A DNA stretch of 64,000 bases, taken from NCBI GenBank assembly GCA_038316335.1, contig JBBQAM010000001.1:82247-146246 (forward strand), in the 5' to 3' direction. How positions within the stretch are numbered: the first letter of the stretch is position 1; every line of letters starts with the position of its first letter. A program made the position numbers and the translations under genes. The stretch comes from Flavobacteriales bacterium. GTDB taxonomy: Bacteria; Bacteroidota; Bacteroidia; Flavobacteriales; Flavobacteriaceae. Below the pieces are notes generated by a model. It was not told the DNA's origin, did no database searches, and saw only the letters and a program-made list of their open reading frames with translations. This document shows, one piece after another, positions 56,829-64,000 of this stretch.

Positions 56829-57647
56829 ATGGATTTCCTTCAGATATTAGGGTATATAGGTGCATTAATGATCGGAATCACTCTTGGCCTCATCGGAGGT
56901 GGAGGTTCTATTTTGACGGTTCCTATCTTTGTCTACCTTCTTTCGATCAATCCTGTTGTGGCGACTGGTTATTCGCTCTTTGTAGTTGGCATGACCTCGA
57001 TGGTAGGGACGGTACAAAATATTCGAAAAGGGCTGGTCGATTTCAAAATGGCCTTTGTTTTTGCGATTCCTGCATTCATTGCGGTCTATATCAACCGAAG
57101 GTATGTCGTACCCCTGATTCCGGAAAACCTATTTAGTTTTAATGGGTTACTAGTTACAAAAGATATCGGAATCATGGTATTTTTCGCACTCCTTATGCTA
57201 GCGGCTTCCATTTCAATGATACGCGGAAAGGGCCAAGTGCTTGATAAAGAACGTGCAAATCGGCGCTCAAATATGATGACGATAATGGCCGAAGGATTTC
57301 TAATTGGCGCAATAACCGGACTCGTAGGTGCGGGAGGCGGATTTTTGATTATTCCTGTTTTGGTAGTCATGGCAAAATTGCCCATGAAAAATGCAGTTGC
57401 CACGTCACTGCTGATCATTGCTATCAATTCACTGATCGGCTTTATAGGCGATATTGAAACCATGACCATTGATTGGCCATTTTTATTGGGTTTCATTGCT
57501 ATTTCGATTTCTGGAATTTTTATGGGGATGTGGATTGGTAAGTCAATCGATGGCGATAAGCTTAAAAAGGGTTTCGGATGGTTTGTACTGGTAATGGGTA
57601 TTTATATCATTTATAAGGAGCTTTTTATTTTGTTTGCAAATGGCTGA
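56829..57647 (+). CDS. Sulfite exporter TauE/SafE family membrane protein
   Basis: 272 aa with about 8 TM segments and duplicated G-rich motifs GLIGGGGSILTVP and GLVGAGGGFLIIP. Confidence 0.85.
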   Translation: MDFLQILGYIGALMIGITLGLIGGGGSILTVPIFVYLLSINPVVATGYSLFVVGMTSMVGTVQNIRKGLVDFKMAFVFAIPAFIAVYINRRYVVPLIPENLFSFNGLLVTKDIGIMVFFALLMLAASISMIRGKGQVLDKERANRRSNMMTIMAEGFLIGAITGLVGAGGGFLIIPVLVVMAKLPMKNAVATSLLIIAINSLIGFIGDIETMTIDWPFLLGFIAISISGIFMGMWIGKSIDGDKLKKGFGWFVLVMGIYIIYKELFILFANG

Positions 57648-57686
57648 TATAAATCATACGCTATCACACCATAAAATGTAAGCTTT

Positions 57687-57730
57687 GTAACCTAAGTTAC
57701 CTTCAAAAACTTGAATACATCGTAATTTTA
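57687..57730 (+). promoter_or_regulatory. GTAAC-N4-GTTAC operator plus -7 box; promoter of the persulfide dioxygenase-rhodanese gene
   Basis: GTAACCTAAGTTAC at 57687-57700, a 22-nt gap, then TAATTTTA at 57723-57730. The ATG is at 57759. Confidence 0.6.
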
Positions 57731-57758
57731 AATCAGAAATATTTAATCATAAGGTGTT

Positions 57759-59174
57759 ATGCATGTAGAACAGATTTATACCGGATGCTTGGCACACGCT
57801 GCCTATTATTTGGAAAGTAAAGGTGAGGCGGCCATTTTTGACCCGCTTCGAGAAGTAGAACCTTACATTGCTAGGGCGGCAAAGGACAAGGCCAAAATAA
57901 AATATGTGTTCGAGACCCATTTTCACGCCGATTTTGTGAGTGGTCATTTGGATCTTAAGAAAAAAACAGGTGCAGAGATTGTTTTTGGCCCAACTGCAAG
58001 ACCTGGGTATGACGCCATAGTTGCGAAGGATAACCAGATTTTCAAAGTAGGGGATTATCAGGTAAAAGTGATCCATACCCCTGGGCATACCATGGAAAGT
58101 ACGACGTATCTTTTAATCGATGAAAACCAAAAAGAACATGGTATTATTACGGGAGACACCTTGTTTATTGGGGATGTAGGTCGACCAGACCTTGCACAGC
58201 ACGTGGTTTCGGAACTTACCGAGGAGAAATTGGCAGGTTACTTGTTCGATTCCTTAAGAAATAGGATCATGCCATTGCCAGATGACCTTATAGTGTATCC
58301 CAACCATGGTGCCGGTTCTGCGTGTGGAAAAATGATGAGCAAGGAAACGACCGATACGCTGGGCCATCAGAAAAAAGTAAACTATGCCCTTCGGCCCGAC
58401 ATGACCAAAGATGAATTCATTAAAGAGTTGCTTACCGGATTGACCAGGCCCCCTGGTTATTTTCCGCAAAACGTTTTAATGAATATAAAGGGGTATGACA
58501 GCTTGGATACCGTCATGGATCGGGCCAAAACCCCGTTATCTGTTGACGCCTTTGAGGCCGCTGCCAACGAAACGGGAGCCTTGATGCTGGATACCCGTGA
58601 GGCCGTTGATTTCGCCAAAGGCTTTATCCCGAATAGCATCAACATTGCTCTTGATGGTAATTTTGCACAATGGGTAGGCGAAATGATTCCCGATGTGAAG
58701 CAGGAAATACTATTAATTACCTATCCAGATCAACAGGAAGAAACGATTACCCGACTTTCGAGAGTTGGGTATGATCATGCCGTGGGTTACTTGAAGGGAG
58801 GTTTTGAGGCCTGGCAAAAGTCAGGAAAGGAATTTGAGACCATTAATAGGATTACGGCCAAGGAATTCGAAGCAGTTTATTCGGCCGAAAAGCCCTTGAT
58901 CATTGATGTCCGAAAGAAAAGCGAATTCGATTCCGAACATGTGATAGGCGCCATAAACGTGCCATTGAACGAAATCAATCGGCACTTATCACAATTTCCA
59001 AAAGATAGGTCCTTTATACTCCACTGTGCAGGGGGATATCGCAGTATGATTGCGGCATCTATACTAAAGCAGCGTGGCTGGGTGAACTTGGTTGATGTGA
59101 TAGGGGGTTTTGATGAAATTAAAAAGACGGGCATAGCAAAGACAGCCTATGTATGCCCGACCACACTTCTATAA
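57759..59174 (+). CDS. MBL-fold persulfide dioxygenase fused to two rhodanese domains
   Basis: ETHFHADFVSGH and HTPGHT metal ligands of the ETHE1/glyoxalase-II type. These are followed by rhodanese modules, the last with the active-site loop HCAGGYRS. Confidence 0.85.
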   Translation: MHVEQIYTGCLAHAAYYLESKGEAAIFDPLREVEPYIARAAKDKAKIKYVFETHFHADFVSGHLDLKKKTGAEIVFGPTARPGYDAIVAKDNQIFKVGDYQVKVIHTPGHTMESTTYLLIDENQKEHGIITGDTLFIGDVGRPDLAQHVVSELTEEKLAGYLFDSLRNRIMPLPDDLIVYPNHGAGSACGKMMSKETTDTLGHQKKVNYALRPDMTKDEFIKELLTGLTRPPGYFPQNVLMNIKGYDSLDTVMDRAKTPLSVDAFEAAANETGALMLDTREAVDFAKGFIPNSINIALDGNFAQWVGEMIPDVKQEILLITYPDQQEETITRLSRVGYDHAVGYLKGGFEAWQKSGKEFETINRITAKEFEAVYSAEKPLIIDVRKKSEFDSEHVIGAINVPLNEINRHLSQFPKDRSFILHCAGGYRSMIAASILKQRGWVNLVDVIGGFDEIKKTGIAKTAYVCPTTLL

Positions 59175-59332
59175 AAACGATAAATGCCATCTTAGAATTT
59201 AAGAATTCGAAAGTATAGACAATGAATTGAAATAAGGAATATCCTTAATGGGATCGTATTTAAGATACCTGCTAAAATGCATGAGGGTACTTTCTTGTAA
59301 ACGATGCTAATAAGATAATAAATAAATGAATC

Positions 59333-59998
59333 ATGGAAACAACAGACGTAAAACCAACAATAATGCCCCGAATCGGGGATATCGCGCCCGATTTTGAGGC
59401 CGTGACTACAAAAGGTAAAATTAAATTATCAGAATATGCCAAAGACAAATGGTTGGTCATGTTCTCGCATCCCGCTGACTTTACGCCCGTTTGTACGACC
59501 GAAATGAGTGGCTTTGCCTTGCGGAAAAAAGAGTTCGATGCCTTGAAAACAGAACTTCTGGGACTTAGTATCGATAGTATTCATGCCCACCTTGGGTGGG
59601 TCAATAATGTGCGTGAGAAAACCGGAGTGTATTTTGACTTTCCCATAATAGCAGATATCGACATGAAGGTGTCTAAACTCTATGGGATGTTGCAGCCGAA
59701 CGAAAGTGAGACTGCCGCCGTACGTGCCGTTTTCTTTATTGATCCTTTGAAAAAAATTCGCCTGATCATGTATTACCCTTTGAATGTGGGTAGGAATATG
59801 AATGAAATTTTAAGGGTCTTGGAAGCCTTGCAGACTTCCGATAAATATAAGGTCGCCATGCCCTTGGATTGGAAAAAAGGAGATAAAGTGATCGTGCCAC
59901 CGCCAAAAACCTTGGATGAGATGAATACCAGGATGCAAGACAAGTCGATCGAATTGGTAGATTTTTATCTGGCCAAGAAGGAACTGAATTATAATTGA
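59333..59998 (+). CDS. Peroxiredoxin, 1-Cys (Prx6) type
   Basis: FSHPADFTPVCTTE peroxidatic-Cys motif; 221 aa. Confidence 0.92.
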   Translation: METTDVKPTIMPRIGDIAPDFEAVTTKGKIKLSEYAKDKWLVMFSHPADFTPVCTTEMSGFALRKKEFDALKTELLGLSIDSIHAHLGWVNNVREKTGVYFDFPIIADIDMKVSKLYGMLQPNESETAAVRAVFFIDPLKKIRLIMYYPLNVGRNMNEILRVLEALQTSDKYKVAMPLDWKKGDKVIVPPPKTLDEMNTRMQDKSIELVDFYLAKKELNYN

Positions 59999-60019
59999 TT
60001 TTTAGTTGGTTGTTGTAGG

Positions 60020-60052
60020 AAACGGTCATAGACTCTTTTGGCCGTTTTCTTT
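60020..60052 (+). terminator. Probable terminator after the peroxiredoxin gene
   Basis: AAACGGTCA (60020-60028) pairs with TGGCCGTTT (60039-60047) with one G-U pair, followed by the T-rich TCTTT. Confidence 0.5.
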
Positions 60053-60084
60053 AGTTGCGCCACAAATCCTTAAAACAAAAAAAT

Positions 60085-60429
60085 ATGTCATTCTTAAGTA
60101 ATTTATTTGGAACGGTAAACAACACGTCTGATAAAATAGAAATATTGGACACGGTAGCCTATGGTAAGGCTATTTCAGAAAAGAAAGTGCAATTGGTAGA
60201 TGTGCGAACTGTTGCTGAATATCGCAGTGGCCATATAAAAAATGCCATCAACATCGATTTTTTTAATTCGGCCGATTTTGTAAGGAATTTTGAAAAATTG
60301 GATAAAGAAAAGCCTGTCTACGTCTATTGTCGTTCAGGCGCAAGGAGTCAAAAGGCCGCCCGAAAATTAGTGGGATTGGGTTTTTCACAGATTTACGACT
60401 TGGCAGGAGGCTTTATACGTTGGAAGTAA
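60085..60429 (+). CDS. Single-domain rhodanese (sulfurtransferase)
   Basis: ORF 60055-60429; ATG at 60085 (MSFLSNLF) is preferred. Active-site loop YCRSGARS. Confidence 0.85.
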   Translation: MSFLSNLFGTVNNTSDKIEILDTVAYGKAISEKKVQLVDVRTVAEYRSGHIKNAINIDFFNSADFVRNFEKLDKEKPVYVYCRSGARSQKAARKLVGLGFSQIYDLAGGFIRWK

Positions 60430-60618
60430 GGACAAAACCAAAGCAGGCATCAATTTGAATTGTTCACAGTATCCCTGTACCCATTGAATTTGTGGTATTC
60501 AAGTGGTGTATCTAATGGCAAGTGTACTAAAGAAAAAGGCTTTTGGGAGTACTGTTAAGAGATTTTATGCCTTTCGAAAGTCAGCGTAACATTTTAAATA
60601 ATGAATAAATAGGTACCA

Positions 60619-60891
60619 ATGAAGACATCTATCAGAGTGCAGAATTTGAAATGTGGCGGTTGTGCCACGTCCATTCGTTCCAAGCTCACTGAATTGGAGT
60701 ATGTGTCGGAGGTAACCGTTAGCGTCGAATCGGCAATGGTTTCCTTTGTTCATAATGATATCGATGATGCCCTTAGGGTGAAGCGCCAATTGAAAGATTT
60801 GGGATATCCGTCTATCGATACCAAGAAAACCAGGTCCGCCAAGATGATTTCTTTCTTCAGTTGCACCAAAGGGAAAATAGCAAGCTTATGA
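60619..60891 (+). CDS. Heavy-metal-associated (HMA) domain protein with CGGC motif
   Basis: MKTSIRVQNLKCGGCATSIRSKL... is a ferredoxin-like HMA fold. Its stop codon overlaps the next gene's start (ATGA at 60888-60891). Confidence 0.75.
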   Translation: MKTSIRVQNLKCGGCATSIRSKLTELEYVSEVTVSVESAMVSFVHNDIDDALRVKRQLKDLGYPSIDTKKTRSAKMISFFSCTKGKIASL

Positions 60892-61901
60892 AACATATAC
60901 TCCTCGTTACATTGATTTTTGTAGTATCAGGCTGTAAAGACGCCACTAAATCAGTAGCCATACCTGAACCTACTGAAAGTAGAACGAACGAAGTCACAGA
61001 GATCGACCGGCTCTATCCCGGAAAGAAAATTTTGGAGAACGAATGCTATATCTGCCATAACCCGAAGGCATCGCAATCGAATATGATCGGGCCGCCTATG
61101 ACGGCCATTAAATTGCATTATATTGACGCTACCACAACAAAAGAACAATTTGCAGAGGCACTTTTACAATGGATAAATGACCCGGAACAAGCAGGGAAAA
61201 TTCCAGGGGCCCATAAAAGGTTTGGAAGCATGCCGTATATGCCGAAGCCTGATACCATGATCCGTCAGGTGGCAGATTACCTATATGATAATGATGTCGA
61301 ACGACCCGTTTGGTTCGACAAGGAGTTTGAGGCCCGCTATATAAAGGGCAATGGCCAAGGGATGGGTATGGGTGTGTTCAAAGAATGGACCGCTCCCGAT
61401 TCTGAAACAGAATATGCTCAAAGAGGGCTTGAATATGTCAAGAAGACCCAAGCGGTTTTGGGAAAAAATTTAGTCAAGGCGATCCAGGAAAACGGCACGG
61501 CAGGTGCCTTACGATACTGTAATATCCAGGCCATAAAATTAACGGATAGTATTTCTGTGATGCACAATGCCATTATTAAACGGGTTAGCGATAAGCCTAG
61601 AAATGCCAATAATTGGGCAAATGCAGATGAATTGAGCTATATAGAGGCCTTTAAGGAGCTGGTTTCTGCCAAAGTTGAGGTACAACCGATCATAAAAAAT
61701 GATAATGGGGACGTTTATTTCTATTATCCCATCACAACCAATACCATGTGTCTGCAGTGTCATGGCAAACCCAATGATCAAATCGCTCCGGCGGTTATGA
61801 CGGCATTAAGTACCATCTATCCAAATGACAAGGCGACCGGGTATGATGTAAATGAAGTACGCGGTATGTGGAGCATTGTTTTCGATGACAGCAATGAATA
61901 G
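60888..61901 (+). CDS. Lipoprotein with N-terminal c-type cytochrome motif and C-terminal DUF3365-like heme domain
   Basis: ATG at 60888 gives the lipoprotein signal MKHILLVTLIFVVSGC. There are two CxxCH motifs: CYICH, with a downstream Met candidate, and CLQCH in the C-terminal DUF3365-like part. Confidence 0.65.
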   Translation: MKHILLVTLIFVVSGCKDATKSVAIPEPTESRTNEVTEIDRLYPGKKILENECYICHNPKASQSNMIGPPMTAIKLHYIDATTTKEQFAEALLQWINDPEQAGKIPGAHKRFGSMPYMPKPDTMIRQVADYLYDNDVERPVWFDKEFEARYIKGNGQGMGMGVFKEWTAPDSETEYAQRGLEYVKKTQAVLGKNLVKAIQENGTAGALRYCNIQAIKLTDSISVMHNAIIKRVSDKPRNANNWANADELSYIEAFKELVSAKVEVQPIIKNDNGDVYFYYPITTNTMCLQCHGKPNDQIAPAVMTALSTIYPNDKATGYDVNEVRGMWSIVFDDSNE

Positions 61902-61922
61902 CGTAGCCAATAACAAAATCAT

Positions 61923-62612
61923 ATGAAAACCCTAGGGCTTATCGGAGGTACTTCCTGGCATTCCACCATTGTTTACTATAAACTTATCAATGAATTGGTC
62001 GGCACGAAAATAGGCGCCCAGGCAAATCCCGAATTGTTGTTATACAGCATTAATATTGAAATTATGCGCGAGCAGGATCCGCAAAAAATTAATGCCAAAT
62101 ATGAAAAAGTAGCCCATATCCTTGAGAAAGCGGGAGCCGAGGCCATAGTTATTTGTGCCAATACACCGCATATGGCCTATGAGTTTGTTCAGCCGAAAAT
62201 AAAGATTCCCATACTTCATATCGCCGATGCCGTTGGGCGAGAAGCCTTAAAATTGAATCAAAAAAGGATCGGCCTTCTGGGCAATAGGCCGACGATGACG
62301 AAAGGCTTTATACAATCCCGATTAAAAAATAAATTTGGCATTGAGGTCCTAATTCCAAAGGAGAAGTACATTACAGAATGCCATCATTATGTCTCAGATG
62401 AATTGACCCAGGGCCAATTTACCGAAAATGCGAGGCAATTTTTCATACGACAAATGGCGGAATTGAAAAGTAGCGGGGCCGAAGGCATTATTCTAGGGTG
62501 TACCGAATTGCCGATGCTGCTCTCCAAAAAAGACTTTGACCTTCCTTTGTTCGCAACTACACGGCTTCATGCCCAAATGGCTTCTGATTTTATTCTATCG
62601 GACACCAAATAG
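61923..62612 (+). CDS. Aspartate/glutamate racemase family protein
   Basis: 229 aa. LIGGTSW, and two catalytic Cys regions VICANTPH and ILGCTELP. Confidence 0.85.
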   Translation: MKTLGLIGGTSWHSTIVYYKLINELVGTKIGAQANPELLLYSINIEIMREQDPQKINAKYEKVAHILEKAGAEAIVICANTPHMAYEFVQPKIKIPILHIADAVGREALKLNQKRIGLLGNRPTMTKGFIQSRLKNKFGIEVLIPKEKYITECHHYVSDELTQGQFTENARQFFIRQMAELKSSGAEGIILGCTELPMLLSKKDFDLPLFATTRLHAQMASDFILSDTK

Positions 62613-62666
62613 CTTTTAAGGCTCTAAGCACTTAGGGCATTTTTAATTAGGACAGCGCGATGTAAT

Positions 62667-62710
62667 GTAACAAAAGTTACAGCATAGGTAATAACGGATC
62701 CATACTTTTA
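62667..62710 (+). promoter_or_regulatory. GTAAC-N4-GTTAC operator plus -7 box; promoter of sqr
   Basis: GTAACAAAAGTTAC at 62667-62680, extended to the 16-bp TGTAAC-N4-GTTACA at 62666-62681. A 22-nt gap follows, then TACTTTTA at 62703-62710. The ATG is at 62735. Confidence 0.6.
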
Positions 62711-62734
62711 AGGATCAACCCAAATATTGATACA

Positions 62735-64000
62735 ATGAAAACACATCATAAAATATTGATTATCGGTGGCGGCACCGCCGGCATTATGACGGCCGCTCAA
62801 CTTTTAAAGAAAGATAAAAGTCTTGACATTGGGCTAATAGAACCATCGGATACCCACTACTACCAACCCGCTTGGACATTGGTAGGTGCAGGAACTTACG
62901 ATTATGATAAAACGGCTCGCCCAATGGCATCGGTTATGCCCAAGGGAGTAACTTGGATTCAGGACTTCGCCACTGGATTTGTACCCGAGAACAATTCGGT
63001 CACGACTAAATCAAATGGTACTATTTCGTATGATTATTTAGTAGTTGCTCCCGGATTGGCCTATGATTTTAGTCTGGTTCCTGGGCTTGGTGAGGCAATC
63101 GACAAAGGGGTGGTATGCAGTAATTATACCGATCCAAAACACACTTGGGAGGTGATTAAGAATTTCAAAGGAGGTACGGCCTTGTTTACTCAGCCAACCA
63201 CCCCGATCAAGTGCGGTGGCGCCCCACAGAAAATCATGTATTTGGCAGCATCATATTTCAGAAAGAGCGATGTTCGCAAAAAGACGGATATTGTCTTTGC
63301 AACATCTGGCTCAGTAATCTTTGGCGTTAAGGAAATTGCAAAAACCTTGATGGAGGTGGTTGATAGAAAAGACATCAACTTACGGTTTCATCACAAATTG
63401 GTTGCAATAGATTCCAAGAAGCAGATCGCTTGGTACGAATTGGGAAAAGATATCTCTGCCGGAGGCTGCGTGGTTATGGCGGGTGATGATGACAATCGGC
63501 TGTTGGATGCGTCATTTCAATATAACTACAAAGCCGTAAAGGTAACGATTGAGGGTGCCAGATATGGCATACACTATGATATGCTGCATACCGCACCCCC
63601 TTCAGTGGCGCCAAAATTCGTAAAGGAATCATCCTTGGTAAATGCTGCAGGATGGGTCGATGTTGACCAACAGACCATGCAGCATAAAAAATTCCCGAAT
63701 ATCTTTAGCTTGGGGGATGTTGCCGCCTTGCCGACCGCCAAAACAGGTGCCGCCATTCGGAAACAGGTGCCTATTGTCGTCGATAATATCGTTTTGTTGA
63801 TCGAACAGCATAAACTTGGTAGTAAATCCTATAATGGCTATTCTTCCTGTCCGCTTGTAACCGAATACGGAAAGATGGTTTTGGCGGAGTTTGATTATCA
63901 GAACAACTTTATTCCTGACCCTAAATTAAAGCAAATGCTTGTTTTTGATAGTTCAAAGGAACATTGGCGTCTGTGGATCCTTAAAAAATACGGCTTACCC
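62735..64000 (+). CDS. sqr: Sulfide:quinone oxidoreductase (type II / SQRDL-like), 3' end beyond the window
   Basis: Open frame from ATG 62735 to the window end (422 codons); it is absent from the ORF track because no stop codon is reached. Motifs: MKTHHKILIIGGGTAG Rossmann fold, redox Cys in PIKCGGAPQK and SSCPLVTEYG, and GDVAALPT. Confidence 0.85.
   Translation, partial: MKTHHKILIIGGGTAGIMTAAQLLKKDKSLDIGLIEPSDTHYYQPAWTLVGAGTYDYDKTARPMASVMPKGVTWIQDFATGFVPENNSVTTKSNGTISYDYLVVAPGLAYDFSLVPGLGEAIDKGVVCSNYTDPKHTWEVIKNFKGGTALFTQPTTPIKCGGAPQKIMYLAASYFRKSDVRKKTDIVFATSGSVIFGVKEIAKTLMEVVDRKDINLRFHHKLVAIDSKKQIAWYELGKDISAGGCVVMAGDDDNRLLDASFQYNYKAVKVTIEGARYGIHYDMLHTAPPSVAPKFVKESSLVNAAGWVDVDQQTMQHKKFPNIFSLGDVAALPTAKTGAAIRKQVPIVVDNIVLLIEQHKLGSKSYNGYSSCPLVTEYGKMVLAEFDYQNNFIPDPKLKQMLVFDSSKEHWRLWILKKYGLP

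Noticed and set aside
59195-59208. The palindrome GAATT-TAAG-AATTC upstream of the peroxiredoxin gene, considered as a third operator class
   Set aside because: It has the 5-N4-5 geometry, but no TAnnTTTG-like octamer lies 22 nt downstream (AATAAGGA is found instead). It is AT-only and likely to arise by chance.
59297-59310. GTAAACGATGCTAA as a degenerate GTAAC-N4-GTTAC site for the peroxiredoxin gene
   Set aside because: It has three mismatches in the ten specified positions. The 22-nt rule would put the -7 box on the start codon itself.

Overview
The window is a 64-kb chromosomal segment, most likely from a member of class Flavobacteriia (Bacteroidota). The taxonomic call rests on the gliding/T9SS core gldK-gldL-gldM-gldN, the conserved block miaB / sigma-54 activator / lptE-like / secG / groES-groEL, topA, and promoters matching the Bacteroidota -7 element TAnnTTTG. 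I recognised no rRNA, tRNA, CRISPR array, transposase or integrase.

Layout:
- 1-5.9 kb: Cu/Ag efflux cluster with a TolC-like OMF fragment, a CusB-like adaptor fused to a DUF3347-like domain, a stand-alone DUF3347-like protein and a CopA P-type ATPase.
- 6-25 kb: housekeeping genes and the gld genes, plus a 29-aa histone-H1-like ORF that falls below the ORF-track cutoff.
- 25-35 kb: DUF983, an ABC-F ATPase, a plant-type LRR protein, an RND efflux operon and a 59-aa CPXCG micro-ORF.
- 36-44 kb: FGE-like lipoprotein, YceI and ApbE, followed by a Planctomycete-type triad (PSCyt/DUF1549/DUF1553, DUF1501, membrane PSCyt-LRR) of unknown function.
- 44-56.7 kb: a stress island. It holds five tandem-Usp paralogues, thioredoxin, an ATP-cone/PD-(D/E)xK protein with a beta-CASP MBL hydrolase, two paralogous helical proteins, a receiver-Crp/Fnr hybrid regulator, cbpA-cbpM, and a Cys-less HMA-like plus TerB-like pair.
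- 56.8-64 kb: a sulfide-oxidation cluster with TauE, a persulfide dioxygenase-rhodanese fusion, 1-Cys peroxiredoxin, rhodanese, an HMA protein, a cytochrome c/DUF3365 protein, a racemase and SQR (3' end outside the window).

Main hunt result: ten promoters in the last 20 kb share one rigid architecture, a 14-bp palindrome, then a 22-nt gap (21 nt in one case), then a TAnnTTTG-like -7 box.
- Seven palindromes of type TGAY-N4-GTCAT drive the stress-island genes. The receiver-Crp/Fnr hybrid in the island is the likely regulator.
- Three palindromes of type GTAAC-N4-GTTAC drive TauE, the PDO-rhodanese gene and SQR. No cognate regulator is visible in the window.

All domain and family calls come from reading the translations by eye. 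No database search was run.
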